This document shows, piece by piece, positions 1-11,970 of a stretch of DNA of 64,000 bases. The stretch covers positions 8,007 to 72,006 of the forward strand of contig MU008235.1 of NCBI GenBank assembly GCA_010909165.1. The letters are read 5' to 3'. A program made the position numbers and the translations under genes. How positions within the stretch are numbered: position 1 is the first letter of the stretch; each line of letters begins with the position of its first letter. The DNA is from Anthoceros angustus (lineage: Eukaryota > Plantae > Anthocerotophyta). The notes beneath the pieces were generated by a model. The model was not told the origin of the DNA, ran no database searches, and saw only the letters and a list, made by a program, of their open reading frames with translations.

Positions 1-245
1 ATCGTGTTATTGGGAGATGTAGGGTATCCGCTCATGCCATAGTTGGTCGTGTTCGATTGCGGTTGAGAATAGGTCTTTGTCAAATTGAAGAAAATTTCAA
101 TTGATACATTCTTCACTAAATGGTGTAGCATGCTTTTGGGGACTTAAAGGACAATGACGAGTATATTGGGGAGGAAGACATGGAGGTGTAACTTAAGGTA
201 TTTGGCTAAATCGACATATATGCTTGTTGCATATTACACACATAA
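1..245 (+). pseudogene. PIF/Harbinger DDE transposase (DDE_Tnp_4), C-terminal remnant
   Basis: Frame 1 reads LLGDVGYPLMP*L. After small frameshifts it reads (H)AF-G-LKGQ*RV and YACCILH, matching the Harbinger motifs LGDxGYPLxPW, ERAFGxLKxRW and ACCxLHN. Stops sit at expected Trp codons. Confidence 0.75.
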
Positions 246-559
246 AGGGATTAAAGGAGATCTTCCGAGGAGTATCTTGTTCAAGATTATGTGCACCCAC
301 CAGATAGAACCGGTATGGAGAGACCACTTGGAGATCCATCAGGGACAAGCTATAGTAGAGGTGTTGAAGGCTTTTTAAGTGCTTAGGCATGTTATATAAT
401 ATTTTGTGACATGCTTGTACGTGAAACAGATACATTTTAGTCAATGGAGGCAAGATTCTTGCTCGATGATTTAGTTGGTTGCTCCCCAAGATTTAGTTTC
501 AGTTCTTACCATTTCTAGGACTTTCTACAAGTGTCACACTCTACCATATCTACTTCTCT

Positions 560-1535
560 TTCTGATGTTGGTGGAGGATTGCCTATCCAAGTAATCTAAT
601 TCCATCACCAATTCCAACAAGGGCTTTAATGTATCCATGACCAAGCTCTTTAGAAATCTCTACTTTCTGGGTCTCAGGCTGTTGCAACAACTCGAATTTG
701 GTCTTCTCGAATGCTAAGCTCTCAGAGTGCCGTAACAATTTCCCTCGTTCTGCATCTGCCATACTAGCCAGAAGGAGGTTGTTATTTTTCTCCAGCTGCG
801 AGACAATACCTTGTGTGGCACCGCTTGAACGATATTTCTTGTTCCATCTTATACCCGGAGGTTTGGAAAGTGAGATTGCTTCTTGAGAAGCTGAGGTTGA
901 AGCACAATTGTTTCCCCACTGATTCTGGTAACGAGTTTCAGGACTTGGTTGTGGGAATAAGTCATGTCATTACCACCACCTACAATTTAATAATAAGCAC
1001 ACGCCTTATGAAAAAAACCAGACTTGAAACCAATAGCCAGGAGTGGATGGAAGACCTGAAGCTTAAGAAACCCTCACTGGAAACATTAGGCTTAGTCATG
1101 GGGAAGCTTTGGCGGACTGTGGAGTCCATGAGTAGATCTTCTGGATCAATATCCTTTCCTTCTTCATAACCTTTCTTGATTTATAAAGCGGAAGTATAGA
1201 AATTTGTTGGCAGTCTCTTGTACCTCTTGTCTTAAATGGAGAGGTCTCAATACGAACTCTTCCCAGAGCCAAGGTGTCGCTCGTGATCGAATATCTTCTT
1301 CCAATCTATATGCAGGGATTCCCACTTGTCTTGACACTCCTTTGCTGTGCGTTTGATATTCCTCTTCTGTATATCTGTAACAATCTTGGCCCAACGTAGC
1401 CAGCTTTATGTTTTTCCTGTTCCTCCGTGATAACATTCTTTGCAGGTCATCTCTTTGTTCAGTTTGGAGAACCAATATTTCAGCTTCAGTCCACAAGACC
1501 CGTTTCCTTAAAGGCTCCTCAAAGACGAGACTCAT
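560..1535 (-). pseudogene. Trihelix/Myb-SANT DNA-binding ORF, probably the second gene of the Harbinger element
   Basis: Reads RKRVLWTEAEILVL, then after a frameshift RWAKIVTDIQKRNIKRTAKECQDKWESLHIDWKKIFDHE...SY*DLSI*DKRYKRLPTNFY (Myb_DNA-bind_4-like). A helical C-terminal segment KELGHGYIKALVGIGDGIRLLG lies near 590-650. It is convergent with the transposase. Confidence 0.72.
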
Positions 1536-3049
1536 TTTACAACTTGGATGGAATCTTTGGATGGCACCTCAAAAGGTTTGGCGTGGGCGGGCGAGTTGTG
1601 AATGGGCAGCGCTTAATCTAGGTTCGCATAAACCTGGATAAGAAAATGATGACGAAGAGACAAAACTCAAACATCTTTGAGTAAATGAACCGTTTGGTCG
1701 AGTGTGGAAGACCACATGTGCACTAACCCGCTCCCAAGTGTCGGGATGAGCGATTTTTTTTTTGGATGTGTTAGAATAGCAAAGTGCTTTGAGAATCTAG
1801 TCGGTCTTTTATCACGGAATGGTCCTTGGCCCTTGGAGATAATAATAATTTTTCGACCCTTAGGTTTGACCCCGGAGGTGGGGAGAAATAGAGTCCTTGG
1901 GTATTGGGAATTTTTAGAATAAAGGTGTCTATATATGCTAGGGATGCTCACAATATGCCACAGTTGAGTAGTCAAGTGGGGTGGTGGCTAGTTCCACCAC
2001 GGTGGCGAAAGCAGGACGTCTGAGACCGAGTTACAACCCTAGTGGCGGGCGGGACTACCGGTCGGTCGGGCCAGCGGGAGAAGGCACACCCGGCCGCAGT
2101 CGCGACTTTCGGGAGGCGGTCGGGAGGCTGCGGCGCATACGCATGAGCCAAATCTACATCTCATGCGGGAGGAAGGCAGCGGGGAGACAGGCGGCGGCGG
2201 AGGAGAAATCAGGCGCCGGCAGTTCGAGGCGTGGAAGGGCCAGGCGTCGATTTTCTCTTGACCGAGTCTGCGGGAGTCGAGGTTTGTTTTGGGAAACAAC
2301 GAGAAGGAGATGGCGCCCATTGGCCAATCTTCTTCTCGCTAAGAGACGAATGATGCACTGAAAAAACAACCAAACACAATCAAAACTCCAAAACAATAAA
2401 ACAAATTGAACACATACGGGACATGACGTCACACAACTAGATAAGGAAAAGAAATATGAAATAAACACCAAGCTTAGGAAAACACAAAACAAATCAAAAT
2501 TCTGAGCTTAAGTCGGTTTCTAGTTCGAGAAGCTTGATCGGTCACGATTCGATCGGTTTCTTGTTCTAAACAAACAAAGACGTCCTACCCCTTACCAACT
2601 ACTCTTGGACTTACAGAACAACAATCGAGATCGTAAACACGACAAATAACACATGCATGAAGAGACAATACAAAAACAAGGCGAGATAACATGAGCGAAA
2701 AAAGCGATGAAAAGCGAACAAAACATCACGGGCGTAACAACTACAATGATGTTACTTGGGACACGGTGAGCACAAACAATCGAGCACAAAAACTAACCTA
2801 TAAAACATAAGAAATTAACACTAAAAACAAACATTTAAGAACTCAAACACACGGAACTGTCGTTTGGGACACATGTTTGACCAATGGTACGTGTTCTTCG
2901 TCAGTCGTCACGTACGTCGTCTCGGCCCGATGCTTCAACGAAACAAAAAAACACCAAAGAAACATGAGTTTGCAAGCACGAAGATGTTTGCAAAGGAAGA
3001 CGACAACATGCAAATCACGATGCAACCAAACAAAACTCCAAGCGATAAG

Positions 3050-3726
3050 CGCNGCGGTGAGGTGTGAGAACAAGGAGAGTTGAAGAGAGTTCTTTGGGAG
3101 ACTTGGAGTGTGGGGAGGATCTGAGAGGCACCTCAAGGGGCTGTGAGAGCCTGGAGGTCAGTATGGAGCTTGGAAGGTGAGCTGAAAGGAGGAGAGAGAG
3201 TCAAGAAGTCTTGCAAGAGAAAGGGGTAGTTTGTGTGAGCTGCAACCCTTTATGTGAGTTGTCCTAGGTTTAGGTTTAGAGATTAGGGTTAGGGCCGCTT
3301 AGGTTGTCCATAAATAGTGTGTGGAAAAGGTGACACGTGGCTAACTCGATTGGTGGATCTAACTTTGTGGATAGATAAGAGAGGGTGTCCAACCTTATCC
3401 ACTTGGATCCCAAGTGGGTCCCACCTTCTATTAATAGCCAGACTGATCCCAAGGTGGACCCCACTCTGCTAAAATAGAGGGTGGTTGCTAAGATAGCAAG
3501 TATGTCGTTGCTAAGGTAGCAACGCGTGGCTAAGATAGCCGGTCCGAGTGTTGTTAGGATAGTAGCCGGTCAGGCTAGATGTTTGGTGTGTCTGTTTGGT
3601 TGGATTGGCTATGTTTTGGTTGTCTTGACACGAAATCACTCCCTTGGGTACGAATCTCAAGTCTACAACGATAAAGAGGGTAAATGTGGCCTCTTTGTGA
3701 CCACTTGGTTTAGAAAATCACCCACA
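3050..3726 (-). mobile_element. LTR copy A (family starting TGTGGGTGATTT); may extend as a long LTR to about 2000
   Basis: Long homology to 6217-6763 and, inverted, to 50918-51199. All three share the same TG terminus. It interrupts the copia RT at 3727. Confidence 0.7.
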
Positions 3727-5858
3727 AGATTCAACTTCGACTTCAATCTTTGAAATCTCATCGATCTTGTTCCCAATTAGCATATCATCCATAGAGGATC
3801 AAAATGAGCAAGCTTTGATCCTTAGCTTGCTTCGTATAGAGGCAATGATCCTCATCGCTTCGTTTGTAGCCTTGAGAAAGCATAAATGAGTGGAACTTGT
3901 GATACCACTCTGGTGCTTTCAAACCATAAAGGCTCTTCCTCAACACGGATGCTCTTGCCCTTCTCAACAAAACCTTCGTTCTTTGCATGTAGACGTCCTC
4001 TTGAAGGTCACCATGCAAGAATGCCGTCTTGACATCCATCGTACAAGTTCCATATCATTCCAGCAACCAAAGCAAGAACACATCGCAAAGTTGTCATTTT
4101 GACTCGGTGAGAAAATCTCATCAAAGTCAATGCACAGTTGTTGCTTGAAACCCTTAGCAACCAATCGTGCCTTGTACTTTGGTTTGCCATCAAGCGGTAT
4201 GACCTTCATCTTGTACACCCATTTGCAGTAGTGCCTTCTTATCCTTAGGCAACGGAACCAACTCCCAAGTTTGGTTCTTATGCAGCGAATTCATTTCTGA
4301 CTGCATGGCCTTCTCCCACTTCTCTTTGTTGCTCATTGACATGGCCTCTTTGTAAGAAGAGGGTTCCCCACAATCATCGACATAACATAATCCAGAGATG
4401 GATCATACCTCGGGAGGTGTAATCTGCGACCCTCGAAGCCAGCACCTCTATAGGTGCTTGTTCGACTCTTGGTTCATCTACGGTGGAGGAATGTGCTCCA
4501 GCACATTACCACGGTACGCCCATGATGATCATGTCCATCTTCTTGGAAGATCACCCTTCGCACCTCCACAGGTTGGAGTAGGCTTCCGCATCTTGTTCTC
4601 ATTGAAGAACACGTCGTTAGTACGAACAACCTTTCTAGCCTCTGGATCCCAGCGGTATCCCATCTCACGGAATCACGCCAAGAAAAATACATTTCTTGGA
4701 CTTAGGTGCCAACTTGTCCCGAAACTCTTTTGGAACATGGCGGTATGCCTCACAAACCAAACACTCAGATGCTTGTAGGATGGTTTCTTTCCGGACCATA
4801 GCTCCTCTGGAACACCTCATCAACACCTTATTAGGAGATCTGTTAATAAGATGAGCTAGATGAACCGCTTACGCCCAAAACCCATTAGGCAATCCGAGTT
4901 TGACAACAAACTACATCCTCTCGAATGGTTTACATTCATCCGCTCGCCACACCATTTTGTGGAGGAGTATCTGTATGATCAATTCTCTTTTGATTCCCTT
5001 GGAATCAGAATGGGAAAGCTTTGAAACATACTCCACCATTATCATCCTTAGACACTTCAATCGGTGGCGGTGATTCTCTACAAGGGTGACAAATTTCGAA
5101 ACACCGTCGAACTTCATCCTTTTTCCTCAAAGGATAAACCCACACCTTGCGTGAGAAATCATCTATAAAGTGACAAAATAGGAGGCACCGCCTAATGATG
5201 CGATGAGCATAGGTCCACATACATCACGTGAACCAACTCAAGAGGTTTACTCCTACTTTTACCTCGTGTTCGATGTGATGATTTTGTCATTTCCCATATA
5301 AGCAGTGCTCACACATCGAGAGATCGAGAAGTTAACGAGGATATAACGAGAGATAAAACCTTCATTCCCTTCGAGACATATGTCCTAAGCAATGCCACAA
5401 GGAAACATTTGGCTGCTCATCATGATCACATGATCTTTGGCGTGTTTACACAGTGAGTACAAAGTGCCACACTTGATCCACGAGCTAACACAAGAGAACC
5501 TTTGGAGATCTTCCAAGAGTGATCCCCAAACCAGGGATGGTAACCATCATCCAAGTCTGCGCTAATCATGCTCTTTGTCAACTTGAACATGCCTAACGTC
5601 CTTGACATGAATGAAGATCCGTTGTCAAACTTGAGTTGCACATCACCTCGCTGCGATCGCATGCATAGTTATTTCAAGCCTAACGCATCCTTTCCTTGTA
5701 GCATCATACGTGCTAAACCACTCTCTATGAGGAGTAACATGGAAAGATGCACGTCAATTATCCAATTGCGAATAAATGACTATCCACGGTACATTAATTA
5801 TGCGATTCAAGTAAGAAGAGATAAGGACATCTCCGTCCTCAACGAGTTTAACTCTTCC
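3727..5858 (-). mobile_element. Ty1/copia pol fragment (protease, integrase, RT), frameshifted
   Basis: WIID..ASFHVTPHREWF (protease), FIDDFSRKVWVYPLRKKDEV (integrase), KYKARLVAKGF, MDVKTAFLHGDL and LRKSLYGLK (RT), in copia order on the minus strand. Confidence 0.93.
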
Positions 5859-5859
5859 A

Positions 5860-6763
5860 GATCCGGTGACCGATCCGCAAGAGTGGTGGAAAGCAAGGGA
5901 GGGAGCCTGTGGTCTCCTTGGGGAGTTCCCAAGGATAAGAGGAAGGGGTTGTGAAGCCGGGAGGTCGTCTTACTCATTCTCTCAGCTTGTCTAGTACTCA
6001 CCTTGTGTTTGAGTTTTCAGTGTCGGAGGTCAAAGGAGACAAGGCGGGAGCCCGTGGTGGGTGGAAGAGAAGGTCAAGTGAGACGAACTGGGTTTGTATG
6101 CTTGGAAAATGTGGGAGTGAACGTGAGAGGAGGGAAATGGACATGGAGAGTTGCGATTGGGGAGAGAAGTAAGAGGGATTGAGAAGTGGTGATGTTTGTG
6201 AGAAAGTGGAGATTGAATGAGTGAGGTGTGAGAACAAGGAGAAGTTGGAGGAAACTTGGGGAGTGAGAGAGGCAAGAGGTACCTGTGAGAGAGCCTGGGA
6301 GGACTGAGGAAGCTTGGGAGGAAAGCTGAAAGGTTGGAGGGAAGAAAGAGAGATGGGAAGTGCAGTAAGGAGGTGGGTGTGATCGGAACCCCCGATTGGT
6401 GGATCGACTTTGTGGAAGGAGAGAGAGAGGGTGTCCAATATCCACTTGGATCCCCCACCCTTCTATTAATAGCCGCCCGAACCCGAGATGGGCCCCGCTC
6501 GAAATAGAGGGTGGTTGCTAAGATAGCAACTGGTCGTCTGCTGCTAAGGTAGCAACAGGTCGCGTGGCTAAGATAGCTGTGTCCGAGTGTTGTTAGTAGT
6601 AGCTGGTCTCAGAATCGCTAGATGTTTTGTGTCCGTGGTTGGATTGGCTATGTTTTGGTTGTCTTGACACGAAATCACCCCTTGGGTACGAATCTCAAGT
6701 CTACAACGATAAAGAGGGTAAATGTGGCCTCTTTGTGACCACTTGGTTTAGAAATCACCCACA
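5860..6763 (-). mobile_element. LTR copy B (same family as copy A)
   Basis: About 6500-6763 is close to identical to the end of copy A (GATTGGCTATGTTTTGGTTGTCTTGACACGAAATCAC...AAATCACCCACA). Weaker similarity extends back to about 6217. Confidence 0.7.
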
Positions 6764-7300
6764 ACTGGACTTGACCACTGTGTCGAATGCTTCAGACACG
6801 GATTTCACTAACCGTGCTTTCTTTCTAACGTCCCCGCCCATCTTGCCAAAATTCGAGTTCATTCACAACCTTCGTCTCACTCATATCAGCTGCTTTGCTT
6901 CGCCTACCGAACAACACGGAGTCCCTCCCTCGCTTCATGTGGTTTTGCATGGCCTCCTTCACCATTTCACCCCATGCTTGTTTATCAAGGCTTTAACCAA
7001 GCATCGTTGTCCACCGCACTCACCGCGCCGCGATCCAGACCTACTGGCCATCACCGCGGTTAGAACACCACCCCTTGCGTAAATTGATTGCGCCATTCGA
7101 GATCAAGTGCTCAGGCGGCCGGGCGCCGTCTCCGCCTGGCTTGTCCGGCCTTCCACGATTCCCACTTTCCCTTCTTGCACCGCCGCCACGCCCTCGAAAG
7201 GTTGCCTCCCTTGTCCCCATGCTTAAACACCGCCAGATGCTGTGTGCTCTGTGTTACCCGTTTGTCCACCATGCCCACTAACCCGGCCGCAAACTTGAGC

Positions 7301-7358
7301 GTGTGCACACTTTGCGTCACTTGCCGGCAAAGTGTGCACTTGGTGTGCACACTTTGCC
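7301..7358. repeat. GTGCACACTTTGC motif, two direct copies and one inverted copy (CACTA subterminal-type)
   Basis: GTGTGCACACTTTGC at 7301, GCAAAGTGTGCAC at about 7327, GTGTGCACACTTTGC at about 7343. Confidence 0.6.
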
Positions 7359-8849
7359 GATCACTTAAATCGACTCGCGACAACCAACCTCATCCGACGA
7401 AATAGCTCCTCCTCTATGTCGCTCAATTCTTGCAGCAATGCTCCAACTCCGCATCCGTCGGGCCGGAGGTTCCATCTCGACGTCGTCAAAATCAACTCCT
7501 GCTCGAGCCATCTCGCCCGCCTCTTACCTTCTGCGACCGTCGGCGAGGAGGCCGCTTCAGGTCGCCGAGAATGAAGACCGCACTGCGGATGAGCGGCACC
7601 CGAGGCCCCATCCTCCCCACCCGATACGGTCCATCGTCGCCGACGCTGCCGGCGACGCCGCCCGACCGCGTGGTGTTCGGCGACGCGACCGCCTCGGCAA
7701 GCCTCACCGCCATACTCCACCTCAGAACGTCCACCGCCTGCTCCATGTGAAGGCAATGGCTTCCTCTCGAGGCGCCATGAGTCCTACCGTCGCATTCAAG
7801 ACGCCCATTTTGAAAAAGCTTGTTTGCAAAGGCCGGCAGGTGGTCATTTATCGCTATCGGCCGGGACCACACGCTGTGCACTTGCTACTTGCCCATAATC
7901 ACAACATTTTCGACCACAACCTCGGCTGCTGTGGAGCAATTTTCATGTCCCATTGCATGCGTTACTCGTGATGTATGATATTGCCCAAATGGCGCAGCCT
8001 CTCAATGCCCCATTACTCCATTTTAACGAATCATCGACTTCCTCGACCATTCCCACACGTCACTTGGGTATTGGCACATTCCGCCATTGGATCTGCTTGT
8101 TTGTTTGGAAATACTTTAATGCCCACTTGGCATGCCGGTTTTGCCCCATCCGTCAGCTACTCAAACGACATGCCACAATCTATGTGCCACGCATGGGTTC
8201 CTCCTCTCCATCCCTCGCCGGAGTAGGCACGGCCAAGGCCCACCCTGCTTCCATCCATCGCCTCCGGATGCATCATGCATCGAGTTACTGCGATGGCCAC
8301 ACAAATGGACCATCGATGGAGTGCCTGCATACACGGAAACCTTCTCGGATTCACAAGGTCAAACCGGTACGACTTCCGCAGCGATGGCCTTGTCCCTCTG
8401 GCCGACACTCGTACCATCCAACCTTCAACAATGGATTATACTCCTCGAGAATCGCATCCGCAGATTTGCTCTATGTGTAGAGACGCGCTCCTCTTCAGCT
8501 GTCCCACCCATGATAAACTTTGCACCGTGCACTATCTTTTGTGCTCGCCGCTTGTCCGCCTCCGCCGCTCGAGGTGGCCTTTGTTCCACATGTGACTATG
8601 TGCCGCTTGCAACGCAGGCCATCCATTATAGCCCTCACTGGGTCATAGTGGATGCCCCTCCCAAGCGCTCACCGCCCTTCTTGTGCACCCACCTCTTGAA
8701 ACTGCTTCCTCATGTGCACCGTACATCCTCACCTCTTCGTCAGACATGTCCAAAACGCTGCATCACCTTCGTGTGATGACATAAGTATGGGCTGGCGCAC
8801 CTCAACGCATCCATTGTGTACTGACGGCCGACACCCAACTTTTCTCCCA

Positions 8850-10750
8850 CACGGTCCTCGGGACTCCATGATCCACCGACGTGACCATAGTAACGGAGGA
8901 ATGACATGCAAATGCATACTCTCCTCTCTCATATACCCCACGGCTATCTGGACTGGTTTGTAGGCGCCTGCCCGCTTCTGGATCCTAAGTATCTCTCCAC
9001 CGGGTACATCCACCTTGTGTGCACTGGCCCAATGCAGCCACCTCGTCCACTAAATGTATTATGAGGTGGGTTGATATATCAAAGACCTTTGGAGGAATTG
9101 CTTTTCCAGAGCACATCACCCGCAGCCTCTTCTCGTTGTGCTTGAATTTCATGGCATGTTGTCAGGCAAATCCATCCATAATCGACCCAATTTCTTGTAC
9201 ACCTCAGGGTCTATGCACCCCAAGGACGATGGGAAGATGATTTCCAGCATGATGATGCGATCATGGCACTTCGCCCACTTTGCCCTCTAATTTCTCCTAT
9301 GTTAGACCCATAGCCTGTGGCAGCTTTATGCGTTTAATTCTCTATGACTTGAGAGGTCGTTTTCGCCAAAACGTAAGACGCAATGGCGCCCCTCTCCTAC
9401 CGCCACAACCACCTTTTCCCTCCATTGGCTTCCATGTCCATCCTTGATGCTAGGTCGCCCTCGCTCGCCCTCCAAAGTGTGCCATATGGCCTCTGCATTG
9501 TTCTTTTCCACGTGCATGACATCCTTTGGCGCCATCACAAGTGAGTGGGGGAGCACCCTAAACAGAGAAGACATCCGCGCGTTCCAAAATTTCCTCGCTG
9601 CCGGATCTCGGCGGTGGCGCACCTTCTCTGCGTACTATCTCGCCACCACATCATCAAACGCGTTGGTGGCGGGTGGGGACGGAGTTCAGTCCATCGTACT
9701 CACCCATGTCTTCCCACCGTCCGCTATCCCCGGGCAACCACCTCTGTGCCAACATAAACCTGCTTTTTAATTGATGAGAATAGCGGAATCCGTCCGCCAA
9801 GAATCCACACACGCCCGGGTCCCTTTCACTTGCAATCCTGTGGTGCCCAACCACAGGTAGTCGGCAATGACGTTCGACCGCCGCCGCACCCTAAAATGCC
9901 TCCTAGGATCGTTCACGGTATTGAAAAGTCTTCCATGTCCACCCCTCTCACAACTCTTCCGTTCTTCTACCAGGGCCATATAAACATCAAAATTTTTACC
10001 ATGCCGGTCTGGTACAATGAGAGGCATGATGACATGGGCGTCCTTTGTGCAAGCCTGTGGAGGCATGTTGTGAACGAATAGCATAACGGCCATATGGACG
10101 TGGATGCACTGTGACCAAAGGGTTGAAGCCGTCGTGCATAATGCCAACCTCAAGTTGCGAGGTTCATCCCGAACCCTTCAAGCGCATCAAATACTCCATG
10201 TTGGGGTGTCTCGCCATCATGGACATGTCCCCATTCTCGCTTTGCCTCCCGACGTACCAAGTCATCATCATGCTATTTCCATTCAACATGCGTTTCAATC
10301 GCCTTTAGAAAATGCGAGGACCTTGCGGGGAAAGATCTCGCTCATCAAACCCTTCCTTGTACCGCGGCCACGAGGGCAATGGACGCTGCCCGCGTACTCA
10401 CCGAATAGAATACAATCTTTTCACAAGCATGGATTTTCACGTATCTTGGCCCAAACATGTGACTTTGCCTCGTACATGTCCTTCGGCTTTGTTCGAACCG
10501 CAAAATATCCACACTTAAGAGCTTTAAAAGTGTCACAGGCGCCATCGATGTCATACATCGTTTGCCAAGACGCAACAATGGCGCTTAGCTTTCTTTCGAT
10601 TGGACTTCCTCTTCAATGTGGTATAACGCCGCCCGCAGCTGCAAGCACGCCTGACTCCATCCCCGCCGCCCATCGCAACATCCGTGGCTTCCAAAGAACT
10701 CGCCCACGCGTGCACTTCGCATATCATCACCTCCCGAACCCTCATCCATA
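8850..10750 (-). pseudogene. CACTA TnpD-type transposase (Transposase_21 + DUF4218)
   Basis: Frameshifted motifs YVKIHAC, PRNLRLALC, HNMPP, KNFDVYM, PPKVFDISTHLIIHLVDEV, GPVHTRWMYPVERYLG and IAVGYMREE. Confidence 0.9.
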
Positions 10751-11970
10751 CTTTCGTCCGGAACTACTAGTGTGGTCGGTAGGATGGCCACCGCCGTTCT
10801 CGCCGACCCATCCGAGCCCGTATCCGAATCCTGCGGAGACGCCACAAGACGGCCGCTCTTCTATGCCGTGTCTCGCCGACCGCAAAAGCCACCTTAAAGC
10901 TAGAATTGGAGTGCATTTGCTGGCCATTGATGCGAGAGAACTCACGGCCACCGCTGGTGCGGAGTCGGGCGCAGACGGAATTCTTGAAATGTGTGCGGAA
11001 TACGAGCTGCGAGCTCGCGATGCTGGGCGTGGACAATACATGTACACCGCATCGTGATTTCGTGGCATCCTCCCTGTGGTCGTGATCCGGTAGGCACAAC
11101 CACAAAGACAAAGGGTGGTACATCCGTTATCCGAACGCCCGCCCCACGGTGCAATCATGACTTCATGACCCATAAACATGCAGACACGTAGGACTGGAAC
11201 GTGCGAAACCATGGACGGAAGCACAAACGCGCCACCGCCTTATGGAGATCCCGCGTCCGTGATGACCCATCGGCGTAAGTCGACCGACGATCGGGCAAAG
11301 CGACGCCGAGGCGATGCACGACGATGACAGATCTCGGACAAGAACCTCGCGCCTCGGACATGAGCAACAGAATTTGCGCCGAGGAGCCACCACCGTCTTC
11401 CAATCCCAACTCGGGCGATGAGAGCACGGTTGGCGAACGCCACGGATGCACGCAATGTTCGCGATATACGCGGCATGCGGGCGTGGAAGCTCCGGGCGTT
11501 ATGTCAAGCGTGGTAGCCGACTCTTCCGACGGGCGGAGATTGGGCGTAGTGGGGTGACACCGCAATGGAAAGGGAGGATGCTACCGGCTTTTGGTGGTCA
11601 ACGGGTCGGAGATGGTTGACACGCGATCGTCATTGCATTTGGGGATGCGTGTTTTGATTTAAAGTTGATTACACACAATCCAAGAAGTTCGACAACGGCC
11701 TTCGTCCTAAGCTAAGCAAATGCAGAGGAGGCGCCTTGGTGTAAACAACCTCCTTCATGTCCACTTCCCACGGAATAGTGTTGAGCTCATTGTCTCAAAG
11801 TCTCAGACAGCTATGTTGCCATTCTCGTGAAAGGGCATCAACCTGCCCGCAGAGCGCTCCATGCTCGCCTCGTCCAACGCATCCCAATTCCATTCTGTGA
11901 AGCCACAAGGTGGCGCGGGTGAAGCCCCACATCGGCTTGTTCTATCCAGCAGCGACTCACCAGAACCTCC

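Larger units (their letters stand above)
6776..11690 (-). mobile_element. CACTA (En/Spm) DNA transposon, degenerate
   Basis: Contains a Transposase_21 and DUF4218 coding region, a CACTG at 6776 as a possible terminus, and short subterminal direct and inverted repeats at 7301-7358. The other terminus was not found. Confidence 0.8.

Noticed and set aside
1270-1330. LHIDWKKIFDH resembling the LINE RT motif LDxxKAFD
   Set aside because: The flanking sequence (AKECQDKWESL...SYW) fits helix 3 of a trihelix domain, and no other RT motifs are nearby.
3507-3523. RFX X-box
   Set aside because: The spacing between GTTGCT and AGCAAC is 5 nt, longer than a canonical X-box, and RFX factors are not known from land plants. 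It is kept only as an unexplained palindrome.
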